The notes under the pieces: generated by a model
Databases searched by the model: none
What the model was told of the DNA's origin: nothing
What the model saw: only the letters and a program-made list of their open reading frames with translations
Position numbers and translations under genes: made by a program
Assembly: GCA_963666835.2 (NCBI GenBank)
Contig: CAXXGO010000006.1
Span: 2,560,001 to 2,624,000 of the forward strand
Reading direction: 5' to 3'
DNA length: 64,000 nt
Source of the DNA: Phycisphaerae bacterium
GTDB lineage: Bacteria; Planctomycetota; Phycisphaerae; UBA1845
Part shown: positions 28,136 through 37,712 of the stretch, one piece after another
How the letters are laid out: the number at the start of each line of letters is the position of its first letter
Position numbering within the stretch: the first letter of the stretch is position 1

Positions 28136-28669
28136 TCACGTTTCGTTTTTGCTCAGCCATTCCCGTGCCAACCGGCGTACCGTTCGTTCGAGTTCCTTGA
28201 ATCCTCCGAACTCGCCGACCTTACCGTCGGCGAATTCCTCGGCAAGAACGTCGTCGAGATGGTCGTAGGTCCAGAAGCATGCGATGAAGTCCTGGAGTCC
28301 ATGCACGTTATCACCGAGTTGTACCGGTTCATTGCGGACATACACGGGGTAGTAGACGTCCTGCATGAAGTCGCTCAACCCGTCGCGCGGTTGGGTATCC
28401 CCGGCCACAATCCGGGCGAGGTGGTGTCGCGCGATAGTCCTGACTGCTTGGTCTCTCGAAGGTACACCGGTGCCGAGTTCTGCAAGTGCGGTTTCGAACA
28501 ATGGTCCGATCGTTGACAAGATCGGGTGCCTGGTTTCAGCCAGCTCCACCAGGGAAGGGGAGTATGAGCCGCTCAGCAGAGCTTGGTCAGCGGCAGCCCG
28601 GATGTCGTCACTCAGAGCGGTGCCGATCGAGTATCGCGCGGCCAACAGTTCCAGGGATGTCGGATCCAT
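28136..28669 (-). CDS. Orphan hypothetical protein (177 aa) flanked by repeats
   Basis: GGAGG RBS and ATG 28669; MDPTSLELLAARY...RRLAREWLSKNET. The longer ORF-track start runs into repeats. Confidence 0.75.
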   Translation of the reverse strand: MDPTSLELLAARYSIGTALSDDIRAAADQALLSGSYSPSLVELAETRHPILSTIGPLFETALAELGTGVPSRDQAVRTIARHHLARIVAGDTQPRDGLSDFMQDVYYPVYVRNEPVQLGDNVHGLQDFIACFWTYDHLDDVLAEEFADGKVGEFGGFKELERTVRRLAREWLSKNET

Positions 28670-28735
28670 TTGGACGCATACCTCCGCAAACCAATCACTG
28701 CAGTCGAGTATAGCAGCTAACCCCTCGGTGCAGCA

Positions 28736-29112
28736 AGGCGCACGGTCGGGGCGATGCAGGCCATTCGTGGCCACGCGCACTCGCTGGCAGGTCTCGTTCC
28801 TCGACCGTGCCCTACGAATCATCGGGGTGGCCCATGTTCTACTGAGTTTCTGGAATGACAATATTGTGTCAGAACCTTGCAGGGTAGGGTTGCCTGAACA
28901 TGGGGGAGCCGATGACAATACGCGCTCGTACTCGCCGGCAGGTCTCGTTCCTCGACCGTGCCCTACGGGATCAGGTGCATGGTGCCCCAGGGTGGCACTC
29001 CGCGGCTGCGCCGCTCCGTTTGACCCTGGGCTTTGTTGTTGAACGTCTTCGACGTACGTTCAGCCTTCGCACCTCCTAACATGGCAGGTCTCGTTCCTCG
29101 ACCATGCCCTAC
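28736..29112. repeat. Mosaic REP array, right part
   Basis: Same 30-mer at 28786, 28937 and 29083; third copy of the unit at 28816-28966; a different hairpin CCCAGGGT...ACCCTGGG at about 28986-29031. Confidence 0.9.
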
Positions 29113-29382
29113 GAATCAACCGGGTGGTCTATCGCTTGAGCGGGGGGATGTCGTGTCGGAGTTATGAGGCGGACGGGCGGCTCGGCAACGACGCTGGAAG
29201 TAAGGAAGAAAATGCACGCATCCGCGTCCGATAACGGCTCCGGATTTCGCGGGAAATCCGTCCGGGAATGCGGTATACTGAAGGGCCTTGACGAGGTGAT
29301 TATCCGACGTACGCGCTGTGCGTGGACGATAGGCCTCGTCACCGGTCGGGCGGTTTCTTGTTTTCGGAGAGGAGAGAGGACC

Positions 29383-32300
29383 ATGCGACGGTTCTGTATC
29401 GGCATTATCTTCGGGATTTCGTTTGTTCCGGTTACGCCCCTTGCGGCGCAGACCGACGCGGAGTGGACCGCCGTTGACGGAGATTACTCCGCCGCCGGGA
29501 ACTGGAGCACTGCGCCGGACGTGCCCTGTAACGACGGCACCACGTATAACGTGACAATCGCTCCGACCGGGGCCGATGTGCTCTTCGACCTGGCCGCGTG
29601 TACGGTTGACACGCTGGACCTCGGGGCCGGGACGACCTTTACGATCAATCTCGGCAACGCGTTCACGATTGACACCGAAGCCCTCATCGGGGGCGGGGTG
29701 TTTGTGGATAGCGGATCATTCACCGCCCCGTTTGTGGATACCGGTTTCACCGGCACATCGGCGAGAGCAACGGCGGCCAGCGGGGCACAGGTTGTCATCC
29801 CGGCCACCACCTACCAAGGGACGGGAATCAGTTCCGGCGTGCTCTTCTCTGCGACTGGGGTCGGCACGCTGTTGGACCTGTCTGCGTTGACGGATATTGA
29901 CTGCTATGCGAACCACGGCGGTTCGCCGACTCGCATCATCTCGGCAACGGACGGAGGCCGTATCGACCTGTCCAGCCTCGAGAGTATCCGGGGCGGCTGG
30001 GGCATGAATGACGATCGTCTCGACATTATGATGACTGGAGGCGGCAGCATTGATCTTAGGAACCTGCGTTCCGTAACGGCGGGCAACGTCCGCTTCGCAG
30101 TGGAAGACTCCACGTTTGCTCTGCCGGCGCTGACCTCGGCCGTGGGGATGAGTTTCAGTATGGCTCCCTCTTCCACGCTGGACTTGCCGGCTCTGACGAC
30201 TCACTACACCGGGGGGTACGACGTTCCTCCGCTGGGCGTTGTGAATGCTGACGTCTTGGGCAGCCTCACCAGTGCGACTCTGGCGATCGGCGATCAGGGC
30301 ACGTTCAACGCCCCGGTGCTGACGATGTTCAACGGCAGCACGCTGACGCTCGGTCCGGATCAGACATTGAGTGTCCCGGCGTTTGCCGAGATTGACGATT
30401 CCAGGCTCTACCTGAGCGGCGGCGTGACGTATGCGGTGGCCGCGGATGTCGTCAGCGCTACCGGAATCAGTAGCGGGACCATCTACTCGGCTGAAGGGGT
30501 TGGTACGGTGTTGGACCTCTCGGCGATGGTCAGCTTCGATGCTCTGTGGAACCACGGTGGCGTGCCGACGCGGACGATCGCCGCAAGTGATGGGGGCGTT
30601 GTTGATTTGTCGGGTCTTACGACCATGCGCGGCGGGTGGGGCATCAACGATGATCGGTTGGATATATCAATGACCAGCGGGGGCGAGGTTGATCTTACGG
30701 CGTTGCAGTCGATAACCGGCGGCAACGTTCGTTTCGTATCGGATGCCGGCAGCCTTACACTCCCGATGTTAACCTCGGCGGTGGGGATGGGCTTCAGCAT
30801 GGTGCCAGACTCGACTCTGGAGCTTCCCGCTCTGTTGACACATGACACCGGGGGGTACGATGTTCCGACCGGCGGTGTGGTAAACGCCGCCGATCTTCAC
30901 AGCCTACTGAACGCCACTTTGGCGATCGGCGATGGCGGGACTTTCAATGCTCCGAGCCTCACTAAGTTCAACGGGAGCACGCTTACTCTCGGACCGAATC
31001 AGACCCTCAACGCGCCGCTGTTCACTGAACTCGACAACGGCAGGATCCACCTTAGCACAGGGAGCACGTTCGCCGTGGCCGCGTCTTCCTACATCGGGAC
31101 CGGGGTCAGCGGCGGGGAGATCTTCTCCGCCCGCGGGGCCGGAACCGTTTTGGATCTCTCCAGCTTCATCAGTTTCAACGCCCTCTACAATCATGGCGGG
31201 GTGCCCACGCGGACGATTCTTGGCAGCGATAACGGGTCCGTCGACCTTTCGGGCCTGCAGACCCTTGAAGGCGGATGGGCATTCAATGACGACCGCCTGG
31301 ACATCGTCGCCGAAGCCGGAGGAACTGTGGATATTTCGACGCTGCCGGCGGTGGCGGCCGGCCGGGTTCGGCTCAGAGCCGAGTCTGCCGGGCAGTTGCT
31401 GGCCGGGGCGATGTTGACGGTCGAGCACGTCCAGACGATCAACACGGACGGAATCGGGAGTCTGTTGGACCTTTCGTCGGTTACCGCCATGTATGGCAGC
31501 GGAACCGGCACGGTCAACGTTTCGGGCGGGGCGACGCTTGCCGCCGACAGTCTCGAAGTGGTGGACGGGCTGGCGTTTACCCTCGCCGGGCCGAGCACAT
31601 TGCGGCTGGCCGGGGCGACGACGATGACCGGCACGACGTTCAATTACAATGGCGGGACTATCAGCGGGGACGTCATTCTGGTTGATTCCACACTGGCGAA
31701 CGGCCCCGGGGGCACGGGAGCGGCTCGGTTTACTCTGCGAGGCGAATGCGCGTTCAGCGGTCACGTATCACTCGGTCAGACCGTTGTAATTCAGGGCGGC
31801 GGCTATGGTGACGCAAATGTGACAGCGGACGACGGGTTCGTTAATTCCGGTACGATTATCCTCGAGAGCATCAACGGCGGGTTGGCCTCGAAGTTGTTCG
31901 TGCAGAATGGTCAGTTGGAGAACGCCGCGGGCGGCACGATCAGCTTGTGGATTGGGACCGGTGGTAACCGGTCATTGGAAGCCGAGCTGGTGAATCGCGG
32001 CTCGATCGACATCACGACCGCCGACAATAAGGGGACCGTGATTGGCAAGGATGGTGCCAACCACACGACATCGGGCGTTTTCACAATCAACGCGACGGAA
32101 TTGGATCTGGTGCAGGTTTACGGGGACAGCTTCACCAACCTGCCCGGAGGGATCGTGGCGGGGGTCGGGGCCTTGGATGTGTCGGCCTGCGGATTGGTTA
32201 ATCAGGGAATCGTCCGCCCCGGCTCGTCCGCTGGAGAGCTCGACATTGTAGGGGATTACACCCAGACCGAGAGCGGGGTGTTGGAGATCGAGATTGGGGG

Positions 32301-32982
32301 ACCGCTGGTGGGTGATCTGTTTGATGTACTTGACGTAAGTGGCACGGCCGTGCTCGCCGGAACGCTGGAGGTCGATCTAATCGGCGGGTATGTACCGGCG
32401 ATCGGTGACAGCTTTCAGGTTCTCGCGGCCGGTGCGGTTAGCGGGGAGTTTGATTCGGAGATTCTGCCGGAGCTGCCGGCGGGGTCGTGTTGGGACGTCT
32501 CGTATAGCGCAACCGCCGTGACTCTGATGGTTTTGGGCTCGGCGGTTGTTGAACAACCGGTGCCTCAGACGCTCTGTGAGGGTGATCAGTTGGTCCTGGA
32601 GGTATCCGTTGACGGTAATGTGGCGGTGGACTTGCAGTGGCGCAAAGACGGCGAGGACTTGCCTGGCGAAGTGGGCGCTTCGCTGGTTGTCGACGAAGTC
32701 ACCGTCGCCGACGGTGGGGTGTATGATGTGGTGGTGACCAACACGTGCGGAGAGGCTCTAAGTGACGTAGCCACGTTGGTCGTCAATGTTCCTCCGGTGG
32801 GTGATATCGAGGGCGATTGCGATGTCGATCTTGATGACGCGGCCGTCTTCGTCGGGTGTTTGACAGGCCCCGTTGGCGGCGTTCCGACCGGTTGCGAGGC
32901 GGCCGATTTCGACGGGGACGGAGTCGGGATCGACCTGGCGGACTTCGCCATCTTGCAGAACGCTTTCGGGTCCGCGCCTTGA
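29383..32982 (+). CDS. Large secreted repeat protein/adhesin with Ig-like domain and dockerin-like tail
   Basis: Signal peptide; 213-aa internal period with LDLSxL/LPxLT motifs; PGSSAGEL..GDYTQ..G.LEIEIGG; Ig-like QWRKDG..DGGVYDVVVTN; tail GDIEGDCDVDLDD / DFDGDG..IDLADF. Confidence 0.85.
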   Translation: MRRFCIGIIFGISFVPVTPLAAQTDAEWTAVDGDYSAAGNWSTAPDVPCNDGTTYNVTIAPTGADVLFDLAACTVDTLDLGAGTTFTINLGNAFTIDTEALIGGGVFVDSGSFTAPFVDTGFTGTSARATAASGAQVVIPATTYQGTGISSGVLFSATGVGTLLDLSALTDIDCYANHGGSPTRIISATDGGRIDLSSLESIRGGWGMNDDRLDIMMTGGGSIDLRNLRSVTAGNVRFAVEDSTFALPALTSAVGMSFSMAPSSTLDLPALTTHYTGGYDVPPLGVVNADVLGSLTSATLAIGDQGTFNAPVLTMFNGSTLTLGPDQTLSVPAFAEIDDSRLYLSGGVTYAVAADVVSATGISSGTIYSAEGVGTVLDLSAMVSFDALWNHGGVPTRTIAASDGGVVDLSGLTTMRGGWGINDDRLDISMTSGGEVDLTALQSITGGNVRFVSDAGSLTLPMLTSAVGMGFSMVPDSTLELPALLTHDTGGYDVPTGGVVNAADLHSLLNATLAIGDGGTFNAPSLTKFNGSTLTLGPNQTLNAPLFTELDNGRIHLSTGSTFAVAASSYIGTGVSGGEIFSARGAGTVLDLSSFISFNALYNHGGVPTRTILGSDNGSVDLSGLQTLEGGWAFNDDRLDIVAEAGGTVDISTLPAVAAGRVRLRAESAGQLLAGAMLTVEHVQTINTDGIGSLLDLSSVTAMYGSGTGTVNVSGGATLAADSLEVVDGLAFTLAGPSTLRLAGATTMTGTTFNYNGGTISGDVILVDSTLANGPGGTGAARFTLRGECAFSGHVSLGQTVVIQGGGYGDANVTADDGFVNSGTIILESINGGLASKLFVQNGQLENAAGGTISLWIGTGGNRSLEAELVNRGSIDITTADNKGTVIGKDGANHTTSGVFTINATELDLVQVYGDSFTNLPGGIVAGVGALDVSACGLVNQGIVRPGSSAGELDIVGDYTQTESGVLEIEIGGPLVGDLFDVLDVSGTAVLAGTLEVDLIGGYVPAIGDSFQVLAAGAVSGEFDSEILPELPAGSCWDVSYSATAVTLMVLGSAVVEQPVPQTLCEGDQLVLEVSVDGNVAVDLQWRKDGEDLPGEVGASLVVDEVTVADGGVYDVVVTNTCGEALSDVATLVVNVPPVGDIEGDCDVDLDDAAVFVGCLTGPVGGVPTGCEAADFDGDGVGIDLADFAILQNAFGSAP

Positions 32983-33045
32983 GCGAGGGGTTTGAACCCG
33001 TCTCTGAGGGGCTTCCCGGCTGGGGACCGTGGCGGTTTCGCTTCG

Positions 33046-33073
33046 TTTACAGCCGACCGGCGCTGCTTATAAT
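33046..33073 (+). promoter_or_regulatory. Sigma70-type promoter for pdxJ-dapA
   Basis: TTTACA, 16-nt spacer, TATAAT, about 40 nt upstream of pdxJ. Confidence 0.6.
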
Positions 33074-33111
33074 GGCGGCGAATCTGGTAGGTTGTACGGA
33101 GTGAAGACGTC

Positions 33112-33852
33112 ATGGCGCTGCTCGGAGTCAATATTGATCACGTAGCCACCGTTCGCCAGGCCCGGGGGACGGATGAGCCGGACCCGGTCTGGGCGGCGAT
33201 GGAAGCCCAACTCGGCGGTGCGGACGGCATCACCTTCCATCTGCGCGAGGACCGTCGGCACATCATTGACCGCGATGTGCCCCTGCTGCGCGAGACTGTC
33301 AATGTCAAGTTGAACATGGAGATGGCTATCGCCGACGAGGTCGTTGCGATAGCCGCCGATTTGAGGCCGGAGCAGTGCTCGCTCGTGCCGGAGCGCCGCG
33401 AAGAGCTGACGACCGAGGGCGGGTTGGACGTTGTTCGCCATGGGTCGCGTATTGCCAAGGTCGTTACACGGCTGCGCGGGGTCGGGATCATATTGAACGC
33501 CTTCATTGAACCGGTGGAAGAACAACTGCGTGCCTCGGCCGACTGCGGGTTCCAGGCGGTGGAACTGTGGACCGGGGCTTACGCCAACGCGCGGACCGCT
33601 GCGCAACTGGAGAAGGCCGTTTCCGATCTGCGCTCGGCAATTGACTTGGGGCACGATCTGGGGCTCGAGGTTCACGGCGGGCACGGTCTGACCTATCGCA
33701 ACATCGGCGCGGTGGCCGAAATGCCGGGGTTCAGCGAGTTCAATATTGGACACTCGATTGTGGCGCGGTCGATCTTTGTGGGCCTTCGCGAGGCGGTTCG
33801 CGAAATGAAGCGGTTGCTGGAGTTGCACACTCCACCCCAGCCGACGTCGTAG
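33112..33852 (+). CDS. pdxJ: Pyridoxine 5'-phosphate synthase
   Basis: LGVNIDHVATVRQAR, HLREDRRHI, NMEMA, PERREELTTEGGLD, GHGL and NIGHSI. Confidence 0.97.
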   Translation: MALLGVNIDHVATVRQARGTDEPDPVWAAMEAQLGGADGITFHLREDRRHIIDRDVPLLRETVNVKLNMEMAIADEVVAIAADLRPEQCSLVPERREELTTEGGLDVVRHGSRIAKVVTRLRGVGIILNAFIEPVEEQLRASADCGFQAVELWTGAYANARTAAQLEKAVSDLRSAIDLGHDLGLEVHGGHGLTYRNIGAVAEMPGFSEFNIGHSIVARSIFVGLREAVREMKRLLELHTPPQPTS

Positions 33853-33926
33853 GGGCGGCGTAACCGGCGCGGTCAATGCCGCCGACTCCGGATGGTGACG
33901 TCCGACAGGATCTGGAGCACTCTGTT

Positions 33927-34838
33927 ATGGTTCGTTCCAATCCAGCCGCGGAGCTACGCGGTTCGATGACTGCCCTGGTTACTCCTTTTCGAGAGGGGCA
34001 GGTGGATTGGGTGTGTCTGGACCGCCTGGTGGACCGGCAGATTGACGGCGGGATCGACGTTCTAGTGCCTTGCGGGACGACGGGGGAGACGCCGACGCTG
34101 ACGAGTGCGGAGTGGGTGGAATACGTCGATCGGGTTATCACCCAGGTGGCCGGGCGATGCCAAGTCATGGTCGGTACGGGGTCGAATAGCACGGTCGTTA
34201 CGGTTGACCAGACCCGCCGGGCAGCGGCGGCTGGAGCAACCGCGGCGCTGATCGTTGCGCCTTACTACAACCGTCCGACGGCCGAAGGGCTCTATCGCCA
34301 TTTCGCGGAGGTAGCTGAATCGGTAGACCTGCCGATTGTCTTATACAACGTGCCCGCGCGAACCGGCGTCGATATTCCTAATGATGTTGTCGTGCGTCTG
34401 CGCGAGAGCTTCCCACACGTTGTCGCGATCAAACATGCTACGGGCACTGTTGATGGAGTGACCGAGCTGCTTGGTCGTTGTGACATCGATGTGCTTAGCG
34501 GGGATGATACTCTGGTTTGGCCGCTTATGGCTCTAGGCGCGGTCGGGGCGATTAGTGTTGTGTCCAACCTCTCGCCCTCGCTTATGAAGTCTCTGGTAGT
34601 GGCCGCACTGCACGGGGATTGCTCTGCGGCGCTTCGGCACCATCGCCGGGTATACGCCTTGGCCGCGGGTATCTCCGATTACGGTCCGAACCCCGTGCCG
34701 ATCAAGACGGCGATGGCGTTGAACGGCTTACTTCACGAGGAGTTCCGTTTACCCCTTTGCCCGGTGACCTCGGAGGCGCGGGCAGCGATTGCGGGTCTTC
34801 TTAATCGCCTGGAACTGAGTGAGACATCTGCTTCATGA
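33927..34838 (+). CDS. dapA: 4-hydroxy-tetrahydrodipicolinate synthase
   Basis: TALVTPF, CGTTGE, PYYNRP, LYNVPARTG, VAIK, LSGDD and NPVPIK. Confidence 0.93.
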   Translation: MVRSNPAAELRGSMTALVTPFREGQVDWVCLDRLVDRQIDGGIDVLVPCGTTGETPTLTSAEWVEYVDRVITQVAGRCQVMVGTGSNSTVVTVDQTRRAAAAGATAALIVAPYYNRPTAEGLYRHFAEVAESVDLPIVLYNVPARTGVDIPNDVVVRLRESFPHVVAIKHATGTVDGVTELLGRCDIDVLSGDDTLVWPLMALGAVGAISVVSNLSPSLMKSLVVAALHGDCSAALRHHRRVYALAAGISDYGPNPVPIKTAMALNGLLHEEFRLPLCPVTSEARAAIAGLLNRLELSETSAS

Positions 34839-35863
34839 ACGCCTTATCGAGTCCCATTATGGTCGATCGACCGCAACTAAATCTGCTGGAAAAGACCGCG
34901 ACGCTGGGGTCATGGGGTCTGGCCGGTGCGGTCTTCTTGACGATCGGTTGGATCGCTATGGCCCCGGACGACCCGCTGGGCGCCGTGAGTGTTCTGGCCC
35001 ATCGTGGCGGTGTGCTGATGCTGGTGCAGGCGGCGGCGCTTGCTGCGGTCGCGGCGGCGGTGGCTACGGTGGTTGCCGGGCGGAGTCTGGCCGACGTTGG
35101 GACCTTCGCGGCCGCGTTGGGGTTGGCGGCGGTGTCCTTGCGCGGCGGCACTGCGGGGACGCTGTTGGTTGATTACGCCGATGTGGCTTCAGCGTACGAG
35201 CGCCGTCTGGCGTTGGGGTTCGCCGTTGAGTCGATTGGATGGTTCGCCGTGGTGCTGGGGGCAGTGGCGGTGTCGGCTTTCGTTATGCGGTGGTGTTTCC
35301 CGCCGAGTGGCGCGGATGACGGCGAGTCGTCGGATGTGCGGGCTGTGGCTGCGCGGACCATGGCAGGTTACGACGTCCCCGGTTTGGGATCAGTGTTGTT
35401 TGGAACCTCGGTTGAGCGACAGACGTCGCCGGCCGATGGCGTCCGGCATACCGCCATTACGGCTATTTTGGGCTTGCTGTGTATGGGGGTGCTGTCGTCC
35501 GGTTTGTCGAGCCGGTCTATTCAGCACGGGCAGGCGTGTTTTGTTGTGGCTGCCGGGGTATGTGCGGCCTCGTACTTCGCTCATCGTTTCGCGCCGGTTC
35601 GCTCATCGCTGTGGGGGATTCTTGCGGTGCCGGTGATTGCGGTAGCGGCATATATATGGGCGGCGGTTCTGCCGAAGGCGACAGGACTGCCTGCGCCACT
35701 ACCTTCGAGCCACTTCCTTCGCGTGCTGCCGATCCAACTGATTTCGGTTGGAACGGCGGCGGTCCTTACGATGTTCCGCTATATGTATGACCCCTCTCCG
35801 TCGGTCGGCTCGAACGAAGAACGGATGCCGGCCGGGCACACCTCACGAAGAGGGCGTCGCTGA
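34835..35863 (+). CDS. Multi-pass hypothetical membrane protein
   Basis: ATGA overlap with dapA; about 8 hydrophobic segments. Confidence 0.75.
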   Translation: MNALSSPIMVDRPQLNLLEKTATLGSWGLAGAVFLTIGWIAMAPDDPLGAVSVLAHRGGVLMLVQAAALAAVAAAVATVVAGRSLADVGTFAAALGLAAVSLRGGTAGTLLVDYADVASAYERRLALGFAVESIGWFAVVLGAVAVSAFVMRWCFPPSGADDGESSDVRAVAARTMAGYDVPGLGSVLFGTSVERQTSPADGVRHTAITAILGLLCMGVLSSGLSSRSIQHGQACFVVAAGVCAASYFAHRFAPVRSSLWGILAVPVIAVAAYIWAAVLPKATGLPAPLPSSHFLRVLPIQLISVGTAAVLTMFRYMYDPSPSVGSNEERMPAGHTSRRGRR

Positions 35864-36165
35864 TGCGCGACGTTGGCCGGTTCAGGACGGACCCCTACGG
35901 GGCACTCCGAAAGCGGATGATCCAAGAAACCGAGGTCGCCCTGGCCGTGGGGCTTCTCCACCCGTCGCGCGTTCCGCGGATTCCCACGGTGGAGGTTGGT
36001 CACGGCACGTTCCATCCGGACTTCGCCGCAGAGTTCTGGCAAGAAGCGCTGGGGTTGGACAGCTCCGAGCAGCCGGAGTCCGCTGGCCGTAAAACGCCGG
36101 ATCGACCGCGGAATCAGCGTTTCAGGATGAACGACCGCTTCGGTGGTCGCCCGCTGCCGGACTGA
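35863..36165 (+). CDS. Small hypothetical protein (100 aa)
   Basis: TGATG overlap with the upstream gene; protein-like core RMIQETEVAL..GLLHP..VPRIPTVEVG. Confidence 0.65.
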   Translation: MRDVGRFRTDPYGALRKRMIQETEVALAVGLLHPSRVPRIPTVEVGHGTFHPDFAAEFWQEALGLDSSEQPESAGRKTPDRPRNQRFRMNDRFGGRPLPD

Positions 36166-36190
36166 TGCTGCTTCAATGAGGTGGCTGAAG

Positions 36191-36710
36191 GGGGTGCCCC
36201 ACCGCGGTGCTTGTTGCGTTGGGAGGGCCGTACCGATTCGCCGCCGGGGTGGGTGGGGGACGGATGCATCGACATACGGGGTTTTCTGTCTACTGTGATG
36301 TCTTACAGGCCGAAGGACGGGGCACTATCGCTGCATAACGCAAAGACCATGGCAGGTCTCGTTCCTCGACCGTGCCCTACGGCCCGGGTGCCCCATTCAC
36401 CCCGGCGTCTGTTGCATCAGGATAGCCGCAACGATTCGCCGCCGGGGTGGGTGGGGGACGGATGGAGGTTTGAGACACGCTGGCATTCGGAGATCAGTCC
36501 CCCACCCTTCGGCCAATGAACAGTGTGTATACCGGGAATGCATCGATATACGGGGTTTTCGGTCTACTGTGATGTCGCACAGGCCGAAGGACGGGGCACT
36601 ATCGCTGCATCACGCAAAGACCATGGCAGGTCTCGTTCCTCGACCGTGCCCTACAGGCTGTGATGTCGCACAGGCCGAAGGACGGGGTACCCTCCGAGGG
36701 ATGGGCACCC
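36191..36710. repeat. Second mosaic REP cluster between convergent genes
   Basis: Same 30-mer at 36351 and 36625 within duplicated ~117-nt blocks (about 36263-36380 and 36538-36654); GGGTGCCCCA-type hairpins at 36191 and 36385; GGCCGAAGGACGGGG three times. Confidence 0.9.
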
Positions 36711-36726
36711 TCTTGAATAGCCCGGG

Positions 36727-37554
36727 CTAACGCTCGTGGGGAAGTGACTCGTTGAGGCTCCCGCTACGAAAACCTCGAAGATCCAGAGAAACGTACGTGA
36801 ATCCGATTGCGCGGAAGCGCTCGCAGATTCGGCGGGCGTTCTCCGGTTGTGCCATGGTTGGAATGGACTCCGCCGGCACCTCTATCCGAGCAAGGTCCCC
36901 GTGATGGCGAACGCGGCATTCGCGGTTCCCCAGGTCATGAAGGAAGGACTCTGCGGCTTCGATCATGCGGAGTTTGTCCGGTGTGATCGATTCGCCGTAG
37001 GGGATTCGGCTGACCAGGCATGGGTTAGCGGGCTTGTCGTGCGTCGGCAGCCCGAGTTTCTTCGACAGTTCGCGCAGATTGCTCTTCGTGAACCCGGCCT
37101 CGGCCAGCGGGGCGCGGATGTTGTGCCGCCGATCGGCCAGCATGCCCGGGCGGTAGTCGTCGAAGTCGTCAACGTTGGTTCCGCAAACGACAGCTCCCAC
37201 CTCGCGCTTCGCGAGCATCCGCTCGATATGACCGTAGAGATTGTCCTTGCAGAGAAAGCACCGATTGGCCGGATTGCGGACGAAGGCCGGATCGTCAAGC
37301 TCGTCGGTATCGAGCATGACGTGCTCCGCCCCGAGCGTTCTCGCCAGCTTCGCGGCCTCGTGGCATTCGCCTTGGGCGCGGCTGGCACTTCGCCCGGTTA
37401 CCGCGAGCACATTGTCGGGGCCGAGCGTGTCGATAGCGACCTTCAGCAGCAGGGTGGAATCGACCCCGGCACTGAAGGCCACCGCAACGTTATTCAGCTC
37501 GCGCAGGATCCGTTGCAGATGTTCGTACTTGTCTTCCAAGTCCGGTCGAGTCAT
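36727..37554 (-). CDS. larE: ATP-dependent sacrificial sulfur transferase LarE
   Basis: PP-loop AFSAGVDS, NPANRCFLCK, GTNVDD..DYRPG, KPANPCLVSRIPYG, RVRHHG and GFRSGSLN. Confidence 0.92.
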   Translation of the reverse strand: MTRPDLEDKYEHLQRILRELNNVAVAFSAGVDSTLLLKVAIDTLGPDNVLAVTGRSASRAQGECHEAAKLARTLGAEHVMLDTDELDDPAFVRNPANRCFLCKDNLYGHIERMLAKREVGAVVCGTNVDDFDDYRPGMLADRRHNIRAPLAEAGFTKSNLRELSKKLGLPTHDKPANPCLVSRIPYGESITPDKLRMIEAAESFLHDLGNRECRVRHHGDLARIEVPAESIPTMAQPENARRICERFRAIGFTYVSLDLRGFRSGSLNESLPHER

Positions 37555-37712
37555 GAGCTTACTCCGCCGGCGAGTATGATATCGCGGATCATACGCGGAG
37601 GCGAGCAGCTCTGCACGACGCGGTCGGCACGCCGGGAATCCGCGAACCGCCATGAACAGGCCTCCGGCCGGGCTCCGAGAACGAAGCCTGTTTTGAACCG
37701 CCTGCTTCTGCG

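Noticed and set aside
27820..29042. ORF-track ORFs at 27820, 27989 and 28365, and the N-terminal extension of 28136..28918
   Set aside because: They are translations of repeat DNA or antisense to the real gene.
27761..29112. CRISPR array built from the 30-nt repeat
   Set aside because: Intervals are 116-657 nt and several are near-identical copies.
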